Sequence record: OZ348804.1
DNA: 32,000 nucleotides
Reading direction: 5' to 3' (one strand)
Shown here: positions 10,301-21,028 of the stretch, in pieces
How positions within the stretch are numbered: position 1 is the stretch's first letter
Layout of the letters: each line of letters begins with the position of its first letter
Made by a program: the position numbers and the translations under genes
The notes under the pieces: generated by a model
Databases searched by the model: none
Told to the model about the DNA's origin: nothing
The model's input: the letters and a program-made list of their open reading frames with translations, nothing else

Positions 10301-10569
10301 AACCACTTGGTGGTCGTTCAAAACACGGTGGACAACGTTTAGGTGAAATGGAAGTTTGGGCACTTGAAGGATTTGGTGCTGCATATACGCTCCAAGAATT
10401 ACTAACAATTAAGTCAGATGACATGCGTGGGCGTAATTTAGCCTTCATGTCTATTATTCGTGGAAATTTATTACCGAAACCTGGTGTTCCCGAGTCTTTT
10501 AAAGTTTTAGTGTGTGAATTACGTGGGTTATGTCTTGATATTAGCCTTGCCCGTATTCCTTCAGTGTAA
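7348..10569 (+). CDS. rpoB: RNA polymerase beta subunit
   Basis: Single 1073-aa ORF with conserved RpoB blocks: [41 protein letters not shown], and [42 protein letters not shown]. Confidence 0.98.
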   Translation: [1073 protein letters not shown]

Positions 10570-10668
10570 TTAATGCAGGCTTTGAAGTCATTGAATAGGT
10601 AAAGTAAAGTTTCTACTTGTTCAAAAGTTTGCATGTTTTAGTCATTTTATTTATAAGAAACCAATACT

Positions 10669-12990
10669 ATGAGTCGTGATATTGATTATATTCAAATTCA
10701 ATTAGCCTCTCCTAAAGAAATTGAACGGTGGTCACAGCGTGTTCTTCCTAACAATAAAATTGTAGGGGAAATTACAAAAGCTGATACCATTAATTACCGT
10801 ACTTTTAAACCTGAGCGAGATGGTCTTTTTTGTGAACGTATTTTTGGGTCTATTACGAACAATGAGTGTTCATGTGGAAAAACCCGTCGCCGAAAACCAA
10901 TCAAAATGCAATTGCCTGATACGTTGGATGGCGAAATTACTATGGTAAAAAAAACAGATGAGATTGGGTATGTTTGCCCAACTTGTGGTGTTGAGCCGAC
11001 AGATGCGAAGGTGCGTCGTTATCGCATGGGATCTATTCGATTACGTAAACCTGTTGCCCACTTATGGTATTTCCGAAATACACCTAATATTTTATCTGTT
11101 TTATTAAATATTAGTGCCGGTCAAACTGATGAATTATTACATTTTGATTCGTATACTCCATCGTCATCGGCTGTCATGAATTACTTTCTACATGGTGGAA
11201 CTGAATTTTATATTGATAACTGGGAAGCTATTCATTTCTATTTAGGGCAAACACCGGCTGGTAAACAATCAGCTTTTTTAGATCCTCTTGTAAATTTTAC
11301 AGCAAAGGATGCAGATATTGAAGCTGTTTGGAATACAGATGCTTGGCTTCAAAATGATCAACAAGAGACGAAATACGGGTTCCCAATGGAACCACGTACG
11401 ACAGAAAATTGTGGTGCAGAAGCAATGCATATGTTATTAAGTCAGTTAGATTTGCCGTTTATGGAACGTATGTTAAGTACGCGTTTACGCCAAACAGTAA
11501 AAGACTATAATACCGTGTTACGCCGTAGAGCTGATAAACTTAACCGTAATCCTAACATTTCGGGTTTAGCTCGAAATGAACGAGCGCTAAAATTATTAAA
11601 GCTTACCCGTCAAGGACAACGTACTCGTGGCTTTAGTACTAAAATTAAAAAATTATCAAAACGTCTTCATTATGTTCGACTTTTAGCTCGTAAGCAATTA
11701 CGTCCTGAATGGATGATTGTTTCCGTATTCCCTGTGTTACCGCCGGATCTTCGACCTATGATTCAAATGTCTAGTGGTCGTTTCGCAGCTTCCGATTTAA
11801 ATGACTTATATAGACGTTTAATTTATCGTAAAATTCGATTTGATAAGTTTTGTAATTTATTTGATGCAGAATTTTTACCAGATTTATTAATTCGCCATGA
11901 TTTATGTTTATTACAAGAAGCTGCTGATGCCATTATTGATAATGGACGTTTAGAAAAACCTGCTCAGCGACCAAATAAAAATGTGTTTAAATCTTTAACA
12001 GCAATTATTGAAGGAAAACATGGTCGTTTCCGTCAAAACCTTTTAGGGAAACGCGTAGATTATTCAGGTCGTTCAGTAATTGTAGTGGGTCCTAAATTAC
12101 GTTTACACCAATGTGGATTACCTCGTGAAATGGCATTAGAGTTATTCCATCCATTTATTATTCAAGCGCTTTTAGAGAATACTGTTGTACGTAATATTCG
12201 TGCAGCTAAAAATATGATTCAAAAACGTAAACAACCAGTATGGGACATTTTGGAACGTGTTGTTTATGCACACCCTTTATTACTAAACCGCGCACCAACA
12301 CTTCACCGTTTAGGAATCCAAGCATTTGAACCAATTCTTCTTTCAGGTCGTGCTATTCAATTACACCCACTTGTATGTCCAGCTTTTAATGCTGATTTTG
12401 ATGGCGATCAAATGGCTGTTCATATTCCACTTTCTTTAGAAGCCCAAGCTGAAGCACGTTTACTTATGCTTGCAACACATAACTGGCTTTCGCCTGCAAC
12501 GGGTGAACCTAATATTGTGCCAAGTCAAGATATGATTCTTGGTTTTTATTATTTAACTACACGACGCCCTACACCTCCGCGTATTGAAAAAAATAACAAC
12601 AAGTTTAGTTTGAAAAAATCCGCATTTAAAATTTTTCAAACGTTTGACCAAGCATTACAGCGTTATGAATTTGGTGCGTTAAAACTTCATGACTTAGTCT
12701 GGGTAAAAGCACCGGCACCTTCGGATTTACAACAACCCTTGCCAGTAGAAGTGCGTATTCAGCCAAATGGGCATAATACATTTATTTATGATTCTGGGGT
12801 GGTTGAATCTTGGCCAGTGCCGCAAAACGTTCATCTAGTAGCGTCAAGCTCTGCTGCGCTTATTCAATCGAATCCAATTTTTGCACGTGTACCGCAACTT
12901 CATTGTTCAAGTACACACACTTATTACGTTCGTACTACACCAGGACGACTTATTTTAAATTCTCTCATTTATGAAAACCTTTTTTTGTAA
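10669..12990 (+). CDS. rpoC1: RNA polymerase beta' subunit, N-terminal part (cyanobacterial gamma-like)
   Basis: 773 aa. It has a four-Cys zinc element (CSCGK...CPTCG), the catalytic NADFDGDQMAVH motif, and RAPTLHRLGIQAFEP. Confidence 0.98.
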   Translation: MSRDIDYIQIQLASPKEIERWSQRVLPNNKIVGEITKADTINYRTFKPERDGLFCERIFGSITNNECSCGKTRRRKPIKMQLPDTLDGEITMVKKTDEIGYVCPTCGVEPTDAKVRRYRMGSIRLRKPVAHLWYFRNTPNILSVLLNISAGQTDELLHFDSYTPSSSAVMNYFLHGGTEFYIDNWEAIHFYLGQTPAGKQSAFLDPLVNFTAKDADIEAVWNTDAWLQNDQQETKYGFPMEPRTTENCGAEAMHMLLSQLDLPFMERMLSTRLRQTVKDYNTVLRRRADKLNRNPNISGLARNERALKLLKLTRQGQRTRGFSTKIKKLSKRLHYVRLLARKQLRPEWMIVSVFPVLPPDLRPMIQMSSGRFAASDLNDLYRRLIYRKIRFDKFCNLFDAEFLPDLLIRHDLCLLQEAADAIIDNGRLEKPAQRPNKNVFKSLTAIIEGKHGRFRQNLLGKRVDYSGRSVIVVGPKLRLHQCGLPREMALELFHPFIIQALLENTVVRNIRAAKNMIQKRKQPVWDILERVVYAHPLLLNRAPTLHRLGIQAFEPILLSGRAIQLHPLVCPAFNADFDGDQMAVHIPLSLEAQAEARLLMLATHNWLSPATGEPNIVPSQDMILGFYYLTTRRPTPPRIEKNNNKFSLKKSAFKIFQTFDQALQRYEFGALKLHDLVWVKAPAPSDLQQPLPVEVRIQPNGHNTFIYDSGVVESWPVPQNVHLVASSSAALIQSNPIFARVPQLHCSSTHTYYVRTTPGRLILNSLIYENLFL

Positions 12991-15900
12991 CCGAACGGTT
13001 GATAAAAGTGAAATGAAGCGTTTAATTAAATGGGTTTTGCTTAATTATGGAACACAGAAAGCGACCCGTTTTGTTGACCATTTAAAAACACTTGGATTTC
13101 ACTCCGCAACAACTGCTGGGATTTCATTAGGTATTGATGATTTACGTATTCCCCCAGTTAAATCTGCATTTTTAAAAAATGCAGAAAAAGATATTTTAGA
13201 CAATGATTTACGTTATACCCGTGGCCAAATTACTGCAGTAGAGCGATTAGAAAAAGCATTAGATATTTGGAATACAACCAATGACACATTAAAAAATGAA
13301 GTGATTGCGCATTTCCGCGAAACGGATATTTTTAATCCAGTGTATATGATGGCTTTTTCAGGAGCGCGTGGTAATATTTCTCAAGTTCGCCAACTTGTTG
13401 GAATGCGTGGTCTAATGGCCGATCAACAAGGCCAAGTGTTAGATTTCCCAATTCGACGTAATTTCCGTGAAGGATTAACAGTAACAGAATATATGATTTC
13501 GTGTTATGGAGCACGAAAAGGTTTAGTTGATACAGCTTTACGTACTGCCAATTCTGGATACTTAACACGACGATTAGTGGATGTTGCACAAAGTGTAATT
13601 ATTCAACAATTTGATTGTGGAACAACAGAAGGCTTAGAAGTTGCACCATCTCCCAAACATGAGTGTGCAAACATTGTGGGTCGTGTACTTTTACAGCCCG
13701 TTATCGACGAGCAGACTGGAAAATATTTAGCTCGTAAAGATACAGAAATTTCACCAGCTTTAGCAACAAAATTAGTTCATTTACCTAAAGTAGTTGTTCG
13801 TTCACCCTTAACATGTCGTTTAAATTCTGTCTGTCAATTATGTTATGGATGGGATCTTTCAAAACATAAACTTGTTCAGCTTGGTGAAGCAGTCGGAGTA
13901 CTTGCCGCACAATCAATTGGTGAGCCTGGGACCCAACTTACTATGCGTACATTCCATACTGGTGGTGTATTTGCTGGTGAAGCCACTGAAAAAGTATATG
14001 CTCCTTATTCAGGGGTTGTATCTTATGGTGGTGTACCACGTGGGCGCAAAGTTATTAGTCGTTATGGTGAACCTGCATTTTTAACTGTTGTTCCTATCTC
14101 TATTAAAATTACTCGACCTGAACATTCAAAATCAGTTATTTTACGTTTCCCAGCTTTTACTCTTCTTTTTGTGTATCCAGGTCAATATGTAATGTTTCAT
14201 CAAAGCCTGGCAGAATTATCACGAGTGGAAACTGATCTCCAAGATGATGAAATTGATACTAATATTACAACGGGGAAAAAAGAATTATTAGCACCAGATA
14301 CAGGGCAAGTATATTTTGATAATGTTAAGTTTTCATCCTTAGCTAAATCATATTCTAAAAATGACCTTGTTGAAAATAGTGTAAGTTTGGTTGAAAAAAG
14401 TATTCAAAAACAAAAACAGAATCGTGTGTTTGGATACGGCTTTATTTGGATTTTATCAGGACAGTTACTACGTAATAATCAAAGTTATCAAGGTGATTAT
14501 TTTCACAAAGGTTTTCAACCTTTTGTTGCAGATAATGCTTATGTTAAATTAGATTCTTATACATCAAAACTATCTACAATTGATTATAAAATCAATGTAT
14601 CAAAGTTATTAAAATATGAATCTGTATTACGCTCGAATCAAAAAAAGCCGTTTGCTTTAGTGAAGAATGCGATTCAAATTCAATCTCAATTTGAAACATA
14701 TCTTGATTCTTTCCTTTATTCAAATCGGACAGCAGTTCTTCCTTCAAGTACTACGGTAAAAGTCTCAGCATGTTCAGTGTTCGAGTCTAAAATTTTCACA
14801 ACAGAAGTTTTTAAAACTTCTTTAACAACAAAACAAAGTTTCTACAATTCGTTACATTCCAATATTAATTCAGTCTCATATTGTGGTGGTGCAGTTAATG
14901 ATACATCAGTAAAGTTGAATGTTCGATGTACTACTTTAACATCTAGTACATTTTCACATCGATGGAAAAACCCTAAATTAACATCACTTGGTAAAAAATG
15001 TTTTCGTAAAAGTACTAATCATTCATTTGTCCGACGTACGTTTTCAACACAAACGATTTCTAGTTGTGATAAATCCTTATCAAACGTAGTAAAACTTTCT
15101 TCTTTAAAGGGAGTTGCACCTGTCTGTCCAACTCCGGGTTATAAACATTGGTTAAGTATTTGTCAAACGTTTCCAATGACTCCACTACATACTTGTTATT
15201 TGCCTTCCGGTGTTTTTTGGAATGCAATTCGTATGAATCTTATGGAATCAGTGGCGTTTCACGAATCTCAATATCGTAGTATTTTTCCGAAATTTGTGCC
15301 AATGGTTCAACGCCACAAAGTAGTAACGAATGCAAGTCAGTACTTAAGTCCAGTGGTTTATGACGCACGTCCAACATTATTTGCTTCTCCAGAACCAGCT
15401 GGTGCACGTAATTTTATTTATAGTGTTGAAGGTGAGATTCGTTTATCCAATTTAGCGATTACTAATACGAATCAATATGCTTTTGCATGTTTAGGCCAAA
15501 CATGTCTTGTACAAGTAGGTGAGTATATCCGTGTTGGTGATGAAATTTTTCCAGGAGTTCAAAGTCCTTATTCAGGGCAATTAATTCATATTAATTCGGA
15601 ACATATTATTTTACGACGTGTGTATCCATATGCCATGTCTCATGGGTCATCTCTTTTTGTGGATCATGGTGATTTAATCCAAAAGAATATTGCTTTTGGT
15701 ACACTTGTATCTGAAGAATCCACAGCGGGAGATATTGTTCAAGGACTCCCGAAAGTAGATGAATTATTAGAAGCACGCGAACCGGTAGAGAAAATTCTTT
15801 CAAGTGTGCATGCGCAATTAGCAACGTTATTTTTACTTTATTCAAAAACGTACGGTTTACGAGAAGGCTGTCGCCGTAGTTTGCAAGAAATTCGTCGTTT

Positions 15901-16294
15901 ATTAGTAAATGAAGTACAAGCGGTTTATGGTTCTCAAGGTGTATTTATTTCTGACAAGCATATTGAAATCATTGTTCGTCAAATGACAACTTATGTTTTA
16001 ATTGTTGATCCTGGTGAAACAAATTTATTACCTGGAGATATTGTTGATTTACGTCGTGTGGAACATTTTGAGTGTAAACCAGGTACTGTTCAAGTACAAT
16101 ATCGTCCAATTTTATTAGGTATTACACGTGCTTCGTTAGCTGCGGAAAGTTTTATTGCTGCTGCAAGTTTCCAAGAGACAAAACGAGTATTAACACGTGC
16201 TGCTGTTGAAGGTCGTATTGATTGGTTAACTGGTCTTAAAGAAAATGTTATTCTTGGTCGATTAATTCCAGCTGGAACAGGACTTTATGTTTAA
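12971..16294 (+). CDS. rpoC2: RNA polymerase beta'' subunit
   Basis: 1107 aa. The N-terminus FCNRTVDKSEMKRLIKW...LKTLGFHSATTAGISLGIDDL matches the conserved RpoC2 start. The C-terminus contains ASFQETKRVLTRAAVEGRIDWLTGLKENVILGRLIPAGTG. It overlaps rpoC1 by 20 nt in another frame. Confidence 0.97.
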   Translation: MKTFFCNRTVDKSEMKRLIKWVLLNYGTQKATRFVDHLKTLGFHSATTAGISLGIDDLRIPPVKSAFLKNAEKDILDNDLRYTRGQITAVERLEKALDIWNTTNDTLKNEVIAHFRETDIFNPVYMMAFSGARGNISQVRQLVGMRGLMADQQGQVLDFPIRRNFREGLTVTEYMISCYGARKGLVDTALRTANSGYLTRRLVDVAQSVIIQQFDCGTTEGLEVAPSPKHECANIVGRVLLQPVIDEQTGKYLARKDTEISPALATKLVHLPKVVVRSPLTCRLNSVCQLCYGWDLSKHKLVQLGEAVGVLAAQSIGEPGTQLTMRTFHTGGVFAGEATEKVYAPYSGVVSYGGVPRGRKVISRYGEPAFLTVVPISIKITRPEHSKSVILRFPAFTLLFVYPGQYVMFHQSLAELSRVETDLQDDEIDTNITTGKKELLAPDTGQVYFDNVKFSSLAKSYSKNDLVENSVSLVEKSIQKQKQNRVFGYGFIWILSGQLLRNNQSYQGDYFHKGFQPFVADNAYVKLDSYTSKLSTIDYKINVSKLLKYESVLRSNQKKPFALVKNAIQIQSQFETYLDSFLYSNRTAVLPSSTTVKVSACSVFESKIFTTEVFKTSLTTKQSFYNSLHSNINSVSYCGGAVNDTSVKLNVRCTTLTSSTFSHRWKNPKLTSLGKKCFRKSTNHSFVRRTFSTQTISSCDKSLSNVVKLSSLKGVAPVCPTPGYKHWLSICQTFPMTPLHTCYLPSGVFWNAIRMNLMESVAFHESQYRSIFPKFVPMVQRHKVVTNASQYLSPVVYDARPTLFASPEPAGARNFIYSVEGEIRLSNLAITNTNQYAFACLGQTCLVQVGEYIRVGDEIFPGVQSPYSGQLIHINSEHIILRRVYPYAMSHGSSLFVDHGDLIQKNIAFGTLVSEESTAGDIVQGLPKVDELLEAREPVEKILSSVHAQLATLFLLYSKTYGLREGCRRSLQEIRRLLVNEVQAVYGSQGVFISDKHIEIIVRQMTTYVLIVDPGETNLLPGDIVDLRRVEHFECKPGTVQVQYRPILLGITRASLAAESFIAAASFQETKRVLTRAAVEGRIDWLTGLKENVILGRLIPAGTGLYV

Positions 16295-16433
16295 TCTAAG
16301 TTTTCAAAGGGGTCTTTATTTTTGCTGCTATACAAAATTTATAGTTTTTTGGTAGAATAAAACTAGGTAGGATTAAATCGAGTTTACTCCCCCTTTGTGA
16401 ATGTTAATTTTTTTTATATAGATATTTTATTTT

Positions 16434-17078
16434 ATGACGAAATTAGAATCGCTTTTAGAAGCTGGAGTACACTTCGGTCACCAAGTTGGCCGTTGGAACT
16501 CAAAAATGGCACCATATATTTATGAAACAAAAAATGGTGTACATATTCTTGATCTTGTACAAACACTTAACGATCTTGAAAAAGCACGTGTTGTTTTAAA
16601 TCGTTCAAAAAACGTCTTATTTGTTGGAACACGTACACAGATTGCCCCAATTATTGAGGCAACAGCTCAGAAATGTAATGGGCACTACGTAAATACACGT
16701 TGGGTTGGTGGACTTTTAACAAACTGGAAAACAATGTCTACATGCCTTGAAAAGTTAAATCGTTTAGATCGTCAATTAACTGATGATGCAAAATCACAAG
16801 GTTTTTCAAAAAAGGATATCCTTGCACTTAAAAAGCAACGTGAACGTCTTGAAAAATTTTTTGGAGGTTTACGTGGTTTATCAACATTACCAGATCTTGT
16901 TGTAATTGTCGGGCAGCCACATGAAAAAAATGCTGTTCAAGAATGCAAAAAATTAGGTATTCCAACAATTACATTACTTGATTCAAATTGTGATCCAACA
17001 ATGTCAACATATGGAATTACAGCAAATGATGATTCAACACGTTCTGTAGAACTTATTCTTGATTCACTCGTAGGATAA
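16434..17078 (+). CDS. rps2: Ribosomal protein S2
   Basis: 214 aa containing LLEAGVHFGHQVGRWNSKMAPYIYETKNGVHILDL. It follows rpoC2, as in the ancestral rpoB operon. Confidence 0.96.
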   Translation: MTKLESLLEAGVHFGHQVGRWNSKMAPYIYETKNGVHILDLVQTLNDLEKARVVLNRSKNVLFVGTRTQIAPIIEATAQKCNGHYVNTRWVGGLLTNWKTMSTCLEKLNRLDRQLTDDAKSQGFSKKDILALKKQRERLEKFFGGLRGLSTLPDLVVIVGQPHEKNAVQECKKLGIPTITLLDSNCDPTMSTYGITANDDSTRSVELILDSLVG

Positions 17079-17096
17079 ATTCTTTTGAAGATGTAA

Positions 17097-17132
17097 AAAA
17101 TTAAAGCTGATGTGGTAGTCAGCTTTAATTTT
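17097..17132 (+). terminator. Strong 3' stem-loop after rps2
   Basis: AAAATTAAAGCTGA (17097-17110) pairs with TCAGCTTTAATTTT (17119-17132): a perfect 14-bp stem with an 8-nt loop, 19 nt after the stop. Confidence 0.65.
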
Positions 17133-17212
17133 GATAGGATATAAATATATAATTTAGTTTCTATTTAAAAAAAAGCTTCATTTTTATATAAGTTTTGCTA
17201 TACTTTGAATAC

Positions 17213-17286
17213 GGACAAGTAGCTCAGTTGGATAGAGTATGTGGCTACGAACTACAGTGTCGGGGGTTCGAGTCCCTCCTTGTCTG
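17213..17286 (+). tRNA. trnR: tRNA-Arg (ACG)
   Basis: 74 nt: acceptor GGACAAG/CTTGTCT (G1-U72), anticodon stem TGTGG/CTACA with loop CTACGAA, T-loop TTCGAGT. A TATACT lies at 17199-17204, 8 nt upstream. Confidence 0.9.
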
Positions 17287-17531
17287 CTAAATAAATTTAA
17301 ATTAATGTTTTAACGGACTTATACTTTTGTTTCTACTAGATTGATTTTAAGAATTGTTTAATAACGAATACCGTCAGTTTTTTTTTAAAGTAATGTTTTT
17401 TTGAAAAAAAACTTGTGTTAATTGATTTAAATCGAGTAAAATATAAGTAGTAGAAAACTGCAGAGATTTAAAAAAATTTGTTTTAGACAAATATAGATTT
17501 AAGTCGACTGAAATGATGATAGAGAAATTAG

Positions 17532-19968
<2,437 letters not shown>

Positions 19969-19980
19969 TTATAAACAGTT

Positions 19981-20006
19981 TTAAAGCTTATATTTTTAAG
20001 CTTTAA
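19981..20006 (+). terminator. 3' stem-loop after psbC (first of two)
   Basis: TTAAAGCTTA (19981-19990) pairs with TAAGCTTTAA (19997-20006): a perfect 10-bp stem 12 nt after the stop. Confidence 0.6.
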
Positions 20007-20035
20007 TTCTTTATAGTTACACATAAAGACCATTA

Positions 20036-20065
20036 TGAGCTGCCTTATTTATTTACGGCAGCTCA
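20036..20065 (+). terminator. 3' stem-loop after psbC (second of two)
   Basis: TGAGCTGCC (20036-20044) pairs with GGCAGCTCA (20057-20065): a perfect 9-bp, GC-rich stem with a 12-nt loop. Confidence 0.55.
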
Positions 20066-20173
20066 CAGTACTTACTCTTTTTTATAATTTTAAAATTTAG
20101 CCTGACCGGTAAGGAAAGATGCAAGGTCATTAATCGCTTCCACCTATTTATTTTATTAATTTTTCTTATTATT

Positions 20174-20995
20174 ATGTTCGCTAAATCTGATCAACCAAGA
20201 GCGTTTTGTATGGATAGCAGAGAATTTACACAGGCTGCCGATGGCATGCCGTTTTATTGTAACGGTCGTACTTTTTTGAAAATCGATGGGTGGGCGTTGC
20301 CAGTCACACAACTTGGCCGAGCTGGAATTAAGCTTACTGAAACGTATTTAAATCAACCGATTCCTATTTCCATTGGTGATACAACTGCTATTTCATGTAA
20401 TAATATTGAAACTGATATTCCAAAAATCCTGAATTCATTTGTAAGAGAAGATCGAAATCGCGTAAATTTGAAAACGGAGTGTGATTCCCTTAAAAGTGAA
20501 CTTGCTGAAATGAAGAGTCATTTCGATACAGCTGAGAAACGAAGTTTGACCGCAGAAAGTCGTTGTGAAACTCTGGAATTTGAATTGAACTCGAAGGACA
20601 TTGAATTGAAAGCTAAAACGGAACAAATTGCACGCTTACAAGCTGATGCACAACCAGCAAGATCGTCATTTCTCACATCGCCCAAAGCCAAAGTCATTAT
20701 CCCAGTAAGCACAATTGCAGCACTGGAAATTACGGCTTATAAAATGGACAAGCCTAAACTTGCCCCTTCGTACTGGTGTCGTAAAGCATGGGACGTAATT
20801 TTTTCTTCAAGCGATGCAAATTTAAGTCAACCTGAAAAGGAAACTGCTTCATCTAATATTGGTGAAACGAGACCAATTTTTGACGTTTCAGTAAACTCAG
20901 AGTATAAAAGCGTTCAACTTCAAGGAGTTTCACCGAATCCGCCAACTGATCTAATTCGTCCACCATTTATCTCGGTTTTTTCTTTTATTTTTTAA
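20174..20995 (+). CDS. Orphan ORF (273 aa) with a predicted coiled-coil centre; no plastid gene family recognised
   Basis: The frame is 273 codons long and uninterrupted in AT-rich DNA. I estimate the chance of no stop at roughly 1e-8 or lower for random sequence of this composition. The central part (about aa 96-160: NLKTECDSLKSELAEMKSHFDTAEKRSLTAESRCETLEFELNSKDIELKAKTEQIARLQ) is heptad-like and charged. The ORF has its own perfect stem-loop 9 nt after the stop. It uses more AGA/CGA and NNG codons than the neighbouring photosynthesis genes. Confidence 0.6.
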   Translation: MFAKSDQPRAFCMDSREFTQAADGMPFYCNGRTFLKIDGWALPVTQLGRAGIKLTETYLNQPIPISIGDTTAISCNNIETDIPKILNSFVREDRNRVNLKTECDSLKSELAEMKSHFDTAEKRSLTAESRCETLEFELNSKDIELKAKTEQIARLQADAQPARSSFLTSPKAKVIIPVSTIAALEITAYKMDKPKLAPSYWCRKAWDVIFSSSDANLSQPEKETASSNIGETRPIFDVSVNSEYKSVQLQGVSPNPPTDLIRPPFISVFSFIF

Positions 20996-21004
20996 GTGAA
21001 ACTT

Positions 21005-21028
21005 AGCGTTAACCTTTCGGTTAACGCT
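21005..21028 (+). terminator. 3' stem-loop after orf273
   Basis: AGCGTTAACC (21005-21014) pairs with GGTTAACGCT (21019-21028): a perfect 10-bp stem with loop TTTC. Confidence 0.6.

Noticed and set aside
10281-10634. A 117-aa minus-strand ORF spanning the rpoB 3' end and the rpoB-rpoC1 spacer.
   Set aside because: It is mostly antisense to conserved rpoB sequence, its product is unrecognisable, and no promoter or terminator context supports it.
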